Source: Bacillus subtilis subsp. subtilis str. 168
GTDB lineage: Bacteria; Bacillota; Bacilli; Bacillales; Bacillaceae
Reading direction: 5' to 3'
NCBI RefSeq assembly: GCF_000009045.1
Contig: NC_000964.3
Coordinates: 62,001 to 126,000, forward strand
DNA: 64,000 bases
The translations under genes and the position numbers were made by a program. The notes under the pieces are model-generated. The model had not been told where the DNA came from and did no database searches. It was given only the letters and a program-made list of their open reading frames with translations. Shown here one piece after another: positions 8,538 through 18,801 of this stretch (positions are counted from its first letter, which is position 1; each line of letters begins with the position of its first letter).

Positions 8538-11021
8538 ATGGAAAAAGCAGAAAGAAGAGTGAACGGGCCAATGGCGGGACAAGCTTTGGAAAAACTCCAA
8601 TCGTTTTTTAACAGGGGCACGAAGCTGGTGACTCATCATTTGCATTCACTGTTTTTCTATAAAGGATTCATTTATGTTGTCATCGGATTTTTGCTTGGAC
8701 GGGCTTTCATATTATCCGAGGTGCTTCCTTTCGCACTTCCTTTCTTTGGAGCGATGCTTCTTATCAGAAGAGACAAAGCGTTTTATGCGGTTTTGGCTGT
8801 GCTTGCAGGTGCGCTGACCATATCTCCAAAGCACTCATTGCTCATACTGGCGGCATTGCTGGCATTCTTCGTATTTTCTAAAGTGGCTGCCTTCATTACC
8901 GACGATCGTGTTAAAGCGCTCCCGATTGTCGTGTTCTTCTCCATGGCTGCAGCAAGAGCCGGGTTTGTTTATGCCCAAAATGGCGTATTTACAACCTATG
9001 ATTATGTAATGGCTATCGTTGAGGCTGGACTATCGTTTATCTTAACACTGATTTTCCTTCAGAGCCTTCCGATTTTTACTGTGAAAAAAGTGAAACAATC
9101 ATTAAAAATAGAGGAAATCATTTGCTTTATGATTCTTATTGCCTCTGTTTTAACGGGGCTGGCTGGCTTGTCCTACCAAGGGATGCAGGCAGAACATATA
9201 TTGGCTCGTTATGTTGTGTTGAGTTTTTCCTTTATTGGCGGAGCAAGCATCGGCTGTACGGTTGGGGTTGTGACCGGCCTGATTCTTGGCTTGGCGAATA
9301 TCGGAAACCTATATCAAATGAGTCTGCTTGCTTTTTCCGGTTTATTGGGCGGTTTGCTGAAGGAAGGGAAAAAAGCGGGTGCAGCAATTGGTTTGATCGT
9401 TGGATCACTTCTTATATCTTTATATGGTGAAGGCTCTGCCGGTCTGATGACAACGCTCTATGAGTCATTAATCGCAGTCTGCCTGTTTTTGCTCACACCT
9501 CAATCTATTACGAGGAAAGTGGCGAGATATATTCCGGGAACTGTCGAGCATCTTCAAGAGCAACAGCAATACGCTAGAAAAATCCGTGATGTCACTGCTC
9601 AGAAGGTAGACCAATTCTCCAATGTATTTCACGCGCTGTCTGAAAGCTTTGCAACCTTTTATCAAGCATCAGACGAACAGACAGATGACAGCGAAGTTGA
9701 TCTGTTCTTAAGCAAAATCACGGAGCATTCCTGCCAGACGTGCTACAAGAAAAACAGGTGCTGGGTACAGAACTTTGATAAAACATATGACTTAATGAAA
9801 CAAGTTATGCTTGAAACAGAGGAAAAAGAATATGCATCAAACCGAAGGCTGAAAAAAGAGTTTCAACAGTATTGTTCTAAATCCAAGCAGGTTGAAGAGC
9901 TGATTGAGGATGAGCTCGCACATCATCATGCCCATTTGACACTCAAGAAAAAAGTCCAAGACAGCAGGCGCCTTGTTGCTGAACAGCTTTTAGGCGTTTC
10001 TGAGGTTATGGCCGACTTTTCTCGGGAAATAAAAAGAGAGCGAGAACAACACTTTCTGCAGGAAGAGCAAATCATAGAAGCGCTTCAGCATTTCGGAATT
10101 GAGATTCAGCATGTCGAGATCTATAGTCTTGAACAAGGAAATATCGATATTGAAATGACCATTCCGTTCAGCGGACATGGAGAAAGTGAAAAAATCATTG
10201 CTCCTATGCTTTCTGACATTCTGGAGGAACAAATTCTTGTGAAAGCCGAACAGCACTCTCCGCATCCGAATGGATACAGCCATGTCGCCTTTGGATCAAC
10301 AAAATCATACAGGGTGTCCACGGGAGCTGCTCACGCTGCGAAGGGCGGCGGCCTTGTCTCCGGTGACAGCTACAGCATGATGGAGCTTGGAGCCAGAAAA
10401 TATGCTGCAGCAATCAGTGACGGAATGGGCAATGGCGCAAGAGCGCACTTTGAAAGCAATGAAACGATCAAGCTTCTTGAAAAAATCCTTGAATCGGGCA
10501 TTGATGAAAAAATAGCAATTAAAACGATCAACAGCATACTGTCTCTAAGGACAACTGACGAAATATATTCCACGCTTGACCTATCTATTATCGATCTTCA
10601 AGATGCCAGCTGTAAATTTTTGAAGGTTGGATCGACGCCCAGCTTTATCAAACGGGGTGACCAGGTCATGAAAGTTCAAGCGAGCAATCTGCCAATCGGT
10701 ATTATTAATGAATTCGATGTGGAGGTTGTGAGTGAACAGCTGAAAGCGGGTGACCTCTTAATTATGATGAGTGATGGCATTTTTGAGGGGCCTAAGCATG
10801 TGGAAAATCACGACTTATGGATGAAGCGTAAAATGAAAGGGTTGAAAACAAATGACCCGCAGGAGATTGCCGATTTGCTTATGGAAGAAGTCATCCGCAC
10901 AAGATCCGGCCAAATTGAGGACGATATGACTGTTGTTGTCGTCCGGATTGATCACAATACACCGAAGTGGGCATCCATTCCTGTTCCGGCAATCTTTCAA
11001 AACAAACAAGAAATTTCATAA
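8538..11021 (+). CDS. spoIIE: Stage II sporulation protein E, membrane PP2C-type serine phosphatase, 827 aa
   Basis: N-terminal multi-TM region; C-terminal PP2C motifs SGDSY, ISDGMGNG, MMSDGI and EDDMTVVV; ATG 8538 after GAGAGG. Confidence 0.97.
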   Translation: MEKAERRVNGPMAGQALEKLQSFFNRGTKLVTHHLHSLFFYKGFIYVVIGFLLGRAFILSEVLPFALPFFGAMLLIRRDKAFYAVLAVLAGALTISPKHSLLILAALLAFFVFSKVAAFITDDRVKALPIVVFFSMAAARAGFVYAQNGVFTTYDYVMAIVEAGLSFILTLIFLQSLPIFTVKKVKQSLKIEEIICFMILIASVLTGLAGLSYQGMQAEHILARYVVLSFSFIGGASIGCTVGVVTGLILGLANIGNLYQMSLLAFSGLLGGLLKEGKKAGAAIGLIVGSLLISLYGEGSAGLMTTLYESLIAVCLFLLTPQSITRKVARYIPGTVEHLQEQQQYARKIRDVTAQKVDQFSNVFHALSESFATFYQASDEQTDDSEVDLFLSKITEHSCQTCYKKNRCWVQNFDKTYDLMKQVMLETEEKEYASNRRLKKEFQQYCSKSKQVEELIEDELAHHHAHLTLKKKVQDSRRLVAEQLLGVSEVMADFSREIKREREQHFLQEEQIIEALQHFGIEIQHVEIYSLEQGNIDIEMTIPFSGHGESEKIIAPMLSDILEEQILVKAEQHSPHPNGYSHVAFGSTKSYRVSTGAAHAAKGGGLVSGDSYSMMELGARKYAAAISDGMGNGARAHFESNETIKLLEKILESGIDEKIAIKTINSILSLRTTDEIYSTLDLSIIDLQDASCKFLKVGSTPSFIKRGDQVMKVQASNLPIGIINEFDVEVVSEQLKAGDLLIMMSDGIFEGPKHVENHDLWMKRKMKGLKTNDPQEIADLLMEEVIRTRSGQIEDDMTVVVVRIDHNTPKWASIPVPAIFQNKQEIS

Positions 11022-11028
11022 CGCTTCC

Positions 11029-11058
11029 GTATAAATCAAATTTCTTCTGGCGAAGATG
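11029..11058 (+). promoter_or_regulatory. Putative sigma-F promoter for yabS-yabT
   Basis: GTATA-N15-GGCGAAGAT matches GYATA-N15-GGnnAnAnT. Confidence 0.65.
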
Positions 11059-11105
11059 GGAATATATGAATCTGAGAATCCTCGTATTCTCCAGGAGGAA
11101 TGAAT

Positions 11106-11843
11106 GTGAACAACGGACATTTAAATCAAATTTTGCTGATAACGGATGGCTGCTCAAACCATGGGGAAGACCCGCTTGCAATGGCTGCTTTTGCTAAAGA
11201 GCAGGGGATTACGGTAAATGTCATTGGTATAATGGAAGAAAATCAAATTGACCCTGAGGCAATGAAGGAAGTCGAAGGGATTGCACTTGCCGGAGGAGGC
11301 GTGCACCAAGTCGTTTATGCATCTCAGCTTTCACAAACTGTTCAAATGGTAACAAAGAAAGCGATGACGCAAACCTTACAAGGTGTAGTCAATCAAGAAC
11401 TGAAACAGATTCTCGGAAAGAATGTGGAAATGGAAGAGCTTTCTCCGGAAAAACGCGGCGAAGTCATGGAAGTGGTAGACGAGCTTGGAGAAACGGTGCA
11501 TCTTCAGGTTTTGGTTCTTGTTGATACAAGTGCAAGTATGGCGCCAAAGCTTCCAACAGTAAAAGAGGCGCTGATTGATTTGTCTGTAAGCCTCAATTCC
11601 CGAATTGGGAATAACGAATTTGCGATGTGTATATTTCCCGGGAAAAAACAAGAGGTCGAGCTTGTGCTGAACTGGACACCGAAGCTGCAATCTCTTTCCA
11701 CACTCTTTGCAAAGCTTTCGACAGGCGGCATCACGCCGACAGGTCCGGCGATTCGTGAAGCGACACTGCAGTTTGAAAAAATACGCTCAAGAAGGGGCAT
11801 GCTGGCAGATGATGAACGACGCTTTGACGAGTTTGGCATGTAG
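11106..11843 (+). CDS. yabS: vWA (von Willebrand A) domain protein YabS, 245 aa, GTG start
   Basis: MIDAS elements LLITDG, VDTSAS and GGITPT; RBS AGGAGG 7 nt upstream of GTG 11106. Confidence 0.9.
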   Translation: MNNGHLNQILLITDGCSNHGEDPLAMAAFAKEQGITVNVIGIMEENQIDPEAMKEVEGIALAGGGVHQVVYASQLSQTVQMVTKKAMTQTLQGVVNQELKQILGKNVEMEELSPEKRGEVMEVVDELGETVHLQVLVLVDTSASMAPKLPTVKEALIDLSVSLNSRIGNNEFAMCIFPGKKQEVELVLNWTPKLQSLSTLFAKLSTGGITPTGPAIREATLQFEKIRSRRGMLADDERRFDEFGM

Positions 11844-12825
11844 CCTCAAGCCGGGTACGACAATCAAAGGCAAGTGGAATGGAAACACTTATACATTGCG
11901 TAAACAGCTTGGTAAAGGGGCCAATGGAATTGTGTATTTGGCAGAAACATCAGATGGACATGTTGCCTTAAAGGTGAGTGATGACAGCCTGTCTATTACT
12001 TCTGAAGTGAATGTCTTGAAATCTTTCTCAAAGGCCCAGTCCGTTACGATGGGGCCTTCTTTTTTTGATACGGATGATGCCTATATTCCCAGTGCCAATA
12101 CGAAAGTTTCATTTTATGCAATGGAATACATAAAAGGGCCGCTGCTTTTGAAGTATGTCAGTGATAAAGGAGCAGAGTGGATACCGGTATTAATGATTCA
12201 GCTGTTATCCAGCTTATCGGTGCTTCACCAGCAAGGATGGATATTCGGCGATCTTAAACCTGATAATCTGATCGTAACTGGTCCGCCCGCAAGGATCCGC
12301 TGCATTGATGTGGGCGGCACGACAAAGGAAGGCCGGGCGATAAAAGAGTATACGGAGTTTTATGACAGAGGCTATTGGGGGTATGGAACAAGAAAGGCAG
12401 AGCCATCCTATGATCTGTTCGCAGTTGCCATGATTATGATCAACAGTGTGCATAAAAAAGAATTTAAGAAAACGAACCAGCCCAAAGAACAGCTTAGGTC
12501 TCTCATCGAAGGAAACCCGCTGCTTCAAAAGTATAAAAAAGCGCTTTTTTCAGCCTTGAACGGAGATTATCAATCCGCAGATGAAATGAAAAAGGATATG
12601 CTAGACGCGGGGCAAAAAGCAGCACAAAGAAAACAGCCTATAAAAGCATCACCGCAGCCTGCCACACGACAAAGACAGCAAAAACCGCGCCAAGGAAAAA
12701 TAACGAAGACGCGATATACCCCAAAACAGAAACCGGCTAAGTCGGGGGGGTTATTTGAAACAACGCTTATCGTGATCAGTGTTTTAGCGCTTTATTTCGC
12801 CTATATTATCTTTTTCTTAATCTGA
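11809..12825 (+). CDS. yabT: Hanks-type Ser/Thr protein kinase YabT, 338 aa
   Basis: LGKGANGIVY glycine loop, VALK, GDLKPDN and DVG; basic linker; C-terminal TM helix. Overlaps the yabS end. Confidence 0.94.
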   Translation: MMNDALTSLACSLKPGTTIKGKWNGNTYTLRKQLGKGANGIVYLAETSDGHVALKVSDDSLSITSEVNVLKSFSKAQSVTMGPSFFDTDDAYIPSANTKVSFYAMEYIKGPLLLKYVSDKGAEWIPVLMIQLLSSLSVLHQQGWIFGDLKPDNLIVTGPPARIRCIDVGGTTKEGRAIKEYTEFYDRGYWGYGTRKAEPSYDLFAVAMIMINSVHKKEFKKTNQPKEQLRSLIEGNPLLQKYKKALFSALNGDYQSADEMKKDMLDAGQKAAQRKQPIKASPQPATRQRQQKPRQGKITKTRYTPKQKPAKSGGLFETTLIVISVLALYFAYIIFFLI

Positions 12826-12928
12826 ATGGTGCAAACTGCAGAGCCTATGCTTCTTCTTTGCTTGGAGGGGTTGAAAGTGTTAGGATATGAATATCTTTAA
12901 AATACCTGCTCATTGTGAGGAGGACATT

Positions 12929-14347
12929 GTGAAAAGTGTCAAAGATTTTTTAAACAAACACAATCTTACGTTAAAAGGGGCGACAATCATTGTAGGCGTT
13001 TCCGGCGGTCCGGACTCAATGGCTCTTCTTCACGCGTTGCATACGTTATGCGGCCGTTCAGCGAATGTTATTGCAGCTCACGTTGACCATCGGTTCAGAG
13101 GTGCGGAATCCGAGGAGGACATGCGTTTTGTCCAAGCTTATTGTAAAGCTGAACAGCTCGTGTGCGAAACGGCTCAAATCAATGTAACCGCATATGCACA
13201 GGAAAAAGGACTCAATAAGCAGGCTGCAGCACGCGATTGCCGCTACCAGTTTTTTGAGGAAATCATGTCGAAGCACCAAGCGGACTATCTGGCTCTTGCG
13301 CATCATGGTGATGACCAGGTTGAAACAATGCTTATGAAACTGGCTAAGGGTACGCTTGGAACGGGACTTGCGGGAATGCAGCCGGTTAGACGTTTTGGGA
13401 CAGGGCGGATCATCAGGCCGTTCTTAACCATTACAAAGGAAGAGATCCTTCACTATTGCCATGAAAACGGCTTGAGCTACCGGACGGATGAAAGCAACGC
13501 CAAAGATGACTACACAAGAAACAGATTCAGAAAAACAGTGCTCCCGTTTTTGAAGCAGGAATCTCCGGATGTGCATAAAAGGTTTCAGAAAGTGAGTGAA
13601 GCACTGACGGAAGATGAGCAATTCTTACAGTCATTAACGAAAGATGAAATGAATAAAGTAATCACAAGCCAGTCTAATACATCAGTTGAAATCAATTCCT
13701 CTCAATTGCTTGCCCTCCCGATGCCTTTACAAAGAAGAGGAGTTCAACTAATATTAAACTATCTTTATGAAAACGTTCCATCATCCTTTTCAGCCCATCA
13801 CATTCAGCAGTTTCTCGATTGGGCGGAAAATGGCGGTCCTTCAGGAGTACTGGACTTTCCGAAAGGGCTGAAGGTGGTCAAATCATATCAGACATGTTTG
13901 TTTACATTTGAACAATGGCAGTGCAAAAATGTTCCCTTTGAATACCAAATTAGCGGAGCTGCTGATGAAACGGCAGTGCTCCCTAATGGATATCTGATAG
14001 AGGCAAGGCATTATGCGGACTCGCCTGAAGAACATGGGAATGCTGTTTTTATCACAAGTGAAAAAAAGGTGCGATTTCCCTTAACAATCCGGACGAGAAA
14101 AGCTGGAGACCGGATCAAACTAAAAGGGATGAACGGCTCAAAAAAGGTAAAGGATATATTTATTGATAAGAAATTGCCTCTCCAAGAAAGAGACAACTGG
14201 CCGATTGTGACGGACGCAAGCGGTGAAATTATCTGGATACCTGGCTTGAAAAAATCAATTTTTGAAGATCTTGTGATTCCAAACAGCGACCGCATTGTAT
14301 TACAATATAGACAGCATGAAAAGTGTAGGGGGCAAGCAAAATCATGA
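12929..14347 (+). CDS. tilS: tRNA(Ile)-lysidine synthase, 472 aa, GTG start
   Basis: SGGPDS PP-loop, [14 protein letters not shown] and TRNRFR; RBS GAGGAGG. Confidence 0.96.
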   Translation: MKSVKDFLNKHNLTLKGATIIVGVSGGPDSMALLHALHTLCGRSANVIAAHVDHRFRGAESEEDMRFVQAYCKAEQLVCETAQINVTAYAQEKGLNKQAAARDCRYQFFEEIMSKHQADYLALAHHGDDQVETMLMKLAKGTLGTGLAGMQPVRRFGTGRIIRPFLTITKEEILHYCHENGLSYRTDESNAKDDYTRNRFRKTVLPFLKQESPDVHKRFQKVSEALTEDEQFLQSLTKDEMNKVITSQSNTSVEINSSQLLALPMPLQRRGVQLILNYLYENVPSSFSAHHIQQFLDWAENGGPSGVLDFPKGLKVVKSYQTCLFTFEQWQCKNVPFEYQISGAADETAVLPNGYLIEARHYADSPEEHGNAVFITSEKKVRFPLTIRTRKAGDRIKLKGMNGSKKVKDIFIDKKLPLQERDNWPIVTDASGEIIWIPGLKKSIFEDLVIPNSDRIVLQYRQHEKCRGQAKS

Positions 14348-14886
14348 TGAAACATGATATCGAGAAAGTACTGATCTCAGAGGAAGAGATACAAAAGAAA
14401 GTAAAAGAGTTAGGTGCAGAATTAACGAGCGAGTATCAAGATACATTTCCGTTGGCAATCGGTGTGTTAAAAGGAGCACTTCCTTTTATGGCGGATCTTA
14501 TCAAGCATATTGATACATATTTGGAAATGGATTTCATGGATGTATCAAGCTACGGAAATTCTACGGTTTCTTCTGGAGAAGTAAAAATCATTAAAGATTT
14601 GGATACATCTGTAGAGGGCCGGGACATCTTAATTATTGAAGATATCATCGACAGTGGGTTAACCTTAAGTTATCTCGTAGAGCTCTTCCGATACCGTAAA
14701 GCAAAATCAATTAAGATTGTTACCCTTTTGGATAAACCGAGCGGAAGAAAAGCGGACATCAAAGCAGACTTTGTCGGTTTTGAAGTTCCTGACGCGTTTG
14801 TAGTGGGTTACGGACTTGATTATGCTGAGCGCTATCGCAATCTGCCTTATATCGGAGTGTTAAAACCGGCAGTTTATGAAAGCTGA
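14344..14886 (+). CDS. hprT: Hypoxanthine-guanine phosphoribosyltransferase
   Basis: [22 protein letters not shown] loop, FVVGYGLDY. Confidence 0.97.
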   Translation: MMKHDIEKVLISEEEIQKKVKELGAELTSEYQDTFPLAIGVLKGALPFMADLIKHIDTYLEMDFMDVSSYGNSTVSSGEVKIIKDLDTSVEGRDILIIEDIIDSGLTLSYLVELFRYRKAKSIKIVTLLDKPSGRKADIKADFVGFEVPDAFVVGYGLDYAERYRNLPYIGVLKPAVYES

Positions 14887-14983
14887 TCGGCAGCCTGCTT
14901 CCGAGATGGTTATTGTTTGTATTGGAATGATTTTCTATGGTACTATTGAACATAGTTGTGCTTACTGTGGGAGGAGGTAAGGA

Positions 14984-16897
14984 ATGAATCGGGTCTTCCG
15001 TAATACCATTTTTTATTTACTTATTTTATTAGTAGTAATCGGGGTTGTGAGCTACTTCCAGACCTCAAATCCGAAAACAGAAAATATGTCGTACAGTACG
15101 TTCATCAAAAACCTGGATGACGGGAAAGTTGATAGCGTATCGGTTCAGCCTGTCAGAGGTGTTTATGAGGTAAAAGGGCAGCTGAAAAACTACGACAAAG
15201 ATCAATACTTTTTGACTCATGTTCCTGAAGGAAAGGGAGCAGACCAGATATTTAACGCTTTGAAAAAGACAGACGTAAAGGTTGAGCCCGCGCAAGAAAC
15301 AAGCGGATGGGTGACGTTCCTGACGACCATCATCCCATTTGTCATTATCTTTATTCTGTTTTTCTTCCTGCTCAATCAGGCTCAAGGCGGCGGCAGCCGT
15401 GTCATGAACTTTGGCAAGAGTAAAGCGAAGCTGTATACAGAGGAAAAGAAACGCGTCAAATTTAAAGACGTTGCAGGGGCTGACGAAGAAAAGCAAGAAC
15501 TTGTTGAAGTTGTTGAGTTTCTGAAAGATCCCCGCAAGTTTGCCGAGCTCGGCGCCAGAATACCGAAAGGCGTGCTTTTAGTCGGACCTCCGGGTACCGG
15601 TAAAACATTGCTTGCCAAGGCTTGTGCAGGAGAAGCCGGCGTACCTTTCTTCAGCATCAGCGGATCTGATTTCGTTGAAATGTTTGTAGGGGTCGGTGCT
15701 TCCCGTGTGCGTGACTTGTTTGAAAATGCGAAAAAGAATGCGCCTTGTTTGATCTTCATTGATGAAATTGACGCAGTCGGACGCCAGCGTGGCGCTGGTC
15801 TCGGCGGTGGACACGATGAACGTGAACAGACGCTAAACCAATTGCTTGTTGAAATGGACGGATTCAGCGCTAATGAAGGAATTATCATCATTGCTGCGAC
15901 GAACCGTGCGGACATCTTGGACCCAGCCTTACTTCGTCCGGGACGTTTTGACCGTCAAATCACAGTGGACCGCCCAGATGTCATTGGCCGTGAAGCTGTA
16001 TTGAAAGTCCATGCGAGAAACAAACCGCTGGATGAAACGGTTAACCTAAAATCAATTGCCATGAGAACACCAGGCTTCTCAGGCGCTGACTTAGAAAACC
16101 TCTTGAATGAAGCTGCGCTTGTAGCGGCTCGTCAAAACAAGAAAAAAATCGATGCGCGTGATATTGACGAAGCGACGGACCGTGTAATTGCCGGACCCGC
16201 TAAGAAGAGCCGCGTTATCTCCAAGAAAGAACGCAATATCGTGGCTTATCACGAAGGCGGACACACCGTTATCGGTCTCGTTTTAGATGAGGCAGATATG
16301 GTTCATAAAGTAACGATTGTTCCTCGGGGCCAGGCTGGCGGTTATGCTGTTATGCTGCCAAGAGAAGACCGTTATTTCCAAACAAAGCCGGAGCTGCTTG
16401 ATAAAATTGTCGGCCTCTTGGGCGGACGTGTTGCTGAAGAGATTATCTTCGGTGAAGTCAGCACAGGGGCGCACAATGACTTCCAGCGTGCGACGAATAT
16501 TGCAAGACGAATGGTTACAGAATTCGGTATGTCAGAAAAACTGGGACCGTTGCAATTTGGACAGTCTCAGGGCGGTCAGGTATTCTTAGGCCGTGATTTC
16601 AACAACGAACAGAACTACAGTGATCAAATCGCTTACGAAATTGATCAGGAAATTCAGCGCATCATCAAAGAATGTTATGAGCGTGCGAAACAAATCCTGA
16701 CTGAAAATCGTGACAAGCTTGAATTGATTGCCCAAACGCTTCTGAAAGTTGAAACGCTTGACGCTGAACAAATCAAACACCTTATCGATCATGGAACATT
16801 ACCTGAGCGTAATTTCTCAGATGATGAAAAGAACGATGATGTGAAAGTAAACATTCTGACAAAAACAGAAGAAAAGAAAGACGATACGAAAGAGTAA
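14984..16897 (+). CDS. ftsH: ATP-dependent zinc metalloprotease FtsH
   Basis: Two TM helices, [19 protein letters not shown] and the HEGGH zinc motif. Confidence 0.98.
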
Positions 16898-16912
16898 TTC
16901 GCTTTCTTTCTA

Positions 16913-16945
16913 AAAAAACTGCCGGCTGACGCTGGCAGTTTTTTT
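16913..16945 (+). terminator. Intrinsic (bidirectional-type) terminator after ftsH
   Basis: A-run, ACTGCCGG / CTGGCAGT, then a T-run. Confidence 0.85.
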
Positions 16946-17091
16946 ATGTAAATGATTGGCTCAGCTGCGGCTTTTACAATCATCCAATTCTGGTATCGAT
17001 TTGTTTACAAATGAGCCGCTGATCGTGTATGGTATTGTAGAATGTTTGTAAAAAGTAAAGTAGAGAAACTATTCAAAAGTGGTGATAGAGG

Positions 17092-17868
17092 TTGTTACTG
17101 GTTATCGATGTGGGGAACACCAATACTGTACTTGGTGTATATCATGATGGAAAATTAGAATATCACTGGCGTATAGAAACAAGCAGGCATAAAACAGAAG
17201 ATGAGTTTGGGATGATTTTGCGCTCCTTATTTGATCACTCCGGGCTTATGTTTGAACAGATAGATGGCATTATTATTTCGTCAGTAGTGCCGCCAATCAT
17301 GTTTGCGTTAGAAAGAATGTGCACAAAATACTTTCATATCGAGCCTCAAATTGTTGGTCCAGGTATGAAAACCGGTTTAAATATAAAATATGACAATCCG
17401 AAAGAAGTAGGGGCAGACAGAATCGTAAATGCTGTCGCTGCGATACACTTGTACGGCAATCCATTAATTGTTGTCGATTTCGGAACCGCCACAACGTACT
17501 GCTATATTGATGAAAACAAACAATACATGGGCGGGGCGATTGCCCCTGGGATTACAATTTCGACAGAGGCGCTTTACTCGCGTGCAGCAAAGCTTCCTCG
17601 TATCGAAATCACCCGGCCCGACAATATTATCGGAAAAAACACTGTTAGCGCGATGCAATCTGGAATTTTATTTGGCTATGTCGGCCAAGTGGAAGGAATC
17701 GTTAAGCGAATGAAATGGCAGGCAAAACAGGAACCAAAGGTCATTGCGACAGGAGGCCTGGCGCCGCTCATTGCGAACGAATCAGATTGTATAGACATCG
17801 TTGATCCATTCTTAACCCTAAAAGGGCTGGAATTGATTTATGAAAGAAACCGCGTAGGAAGTGTATAG
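17092..17868 (+). CDS. coaX: Type III pantothenate kinase, TTG start
   Basis: [20 protein letters not shown] and VVDFGTATT motifs. Confidence 0.96.
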   Translation: MLLVIDVGNTNTVLGVYHDGKLEYHWRIETSRHKTEDEFGMILRSLFDHSGLMFEQIDGIIISSVVPPIMFALERMCTKYFHIEPQIVGPGMKTGLNIKYDNPKEVGADRIVNAVAAIHLYGNPLIVVDFGTATTYCYIDENKQYMGGAIAPGITISTEALYSRAAKLPRIEITRPDNIIGKNTVSAMQSGILFGYVGQVEGIVKRMKWQAKQEPKVIATGGLAPLIANESDCIDIVDPFLTLKGLELIYERNRVGSV

Positions 17869-17879
17869 GAGGTTTAGTA

Positions 17880-18755
17880 ATGGATTATTTAGTAAAAGCA
17901 CTTGCGTATGACGGAAAAGTTCGGGCTTATGCAGCGAGAACGACTGATATGGTAAATGAGGGGCAGAGACGCCATGGTACGTGGCCGACAGCATCCGCTG
18001 CACTAGGCCGTACAATGACAGCTTCACTTATGCTCGGCGCTATGCTGAAGGGCGATGATAAGCTGACCGTGAAAATCGAGGGCGGAGGTCCGATCGGAGC
18101 TATTGTAGCTGATGCCAATGCCAAAGGAGAAGTCAGAGCCTATGTCTCTAACCCGCAAGTTCATTTTGATTTAAATGAACAAGGTAAGCTTGATGTCAGA
18201 CGTGCGGTTGGAACAAACGGAACGTTAAGTGTCGTAAAAGATTTAGGTTTGCGCGAGTTCTTCACAGGACAAGTAGAAATCGTTTCAGGAGAATTAGGAG
18301 ATGATTTTACTTACTATCTTGTGTCATCTGAGCAGGTTCCTTCATCAGTGGGCGTAGGTGTGCTCGTAAATCCTGACAATACCATTCTTGCGGCAGGGGG
18401 CTTTATTATTCAGCTGATGCCGGGAACAGATGATGAAACAATCACAAAAATTGAACAGCGTCTATCTCAAGTAGAGCCGATTTCTAAGCTCATCCAAAAA
18501 GGGCTGACACCAGAAGAAATTTTAGAAGAAGTCCTAGGCGAGAAACCTGAGATTTTGGAAACGATGCCTGTCAGATTCCATTGCCCTTGTTCAAAAGAAC
18601 GGTTCGAAACAGCCATTTTAGGACTAGGCAAAAAAGAAATTCAAGATATGATAGAAGAAGATGGACAAGCCGAAGCAGTATGCCATTTTTGTAATGAAAA
18701 GTACTTATTTACAAAAGAAGAGCTGGAAGGGCTTCGTGACCAAACTACCCGCTAA
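17880..18755 (+). CDS. hslO: Hsp33 redox-regulated chaperone
   Basis: C-terminal zinc centre CPCS...CHFC. Confidence 0.96.
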   Translation: MDYLVKALAYDGKVRAYAARTTDMVNEGQRRHGTWPTASAALGRTMTASLMLGAMLKGDDKLTVKIEGGGPIGAIVADANAKGEVRAYVSNPQVHFDLNEQGKLDVRRAVGTNGTLSVVKDLGLREFFTGQVEIVSGELGDDFTYYLVSSEQVPSSVGVGVLVNPDNTILAAGGFIIQLMPGTDDETITKIEQRLSQVEPISKLIQKGLTPEEILEEVLGEKPEILETMPVRFHCPCSKERFETAILGLGKKEIQDMIEEDGQAEAVCHFCNEKYLFTKEELEGLRDQTTR

Positions 18756-18773
18756 GCTCTTTAGCGGGTTTTT
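18747..18773 (+). terminator. Terminator-like hairpin overlapping the hslO stop
   Basis: ACCCGCTAA / TTAGCGGGT followed by TTTT. Confidence 0.7.
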
Positions 18774-18801
18774 AATTTGAGAAAAGGGGCTGAAAGCAGG
18801 T

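Noticed and set aside
15382-15915. 177-aa antisense ORF opposite ftsH; similar ones opposite dusB (25550-26212), pabA (22317-22793), clpC (41874-42404, 42615-43085) and radA (44632-45006)
   Set aside because: They are frame-locked shadows of conserved, codon-biased genes, with Ser/Pro/Thr-rich composition, no recognisable motifs and no RBS.
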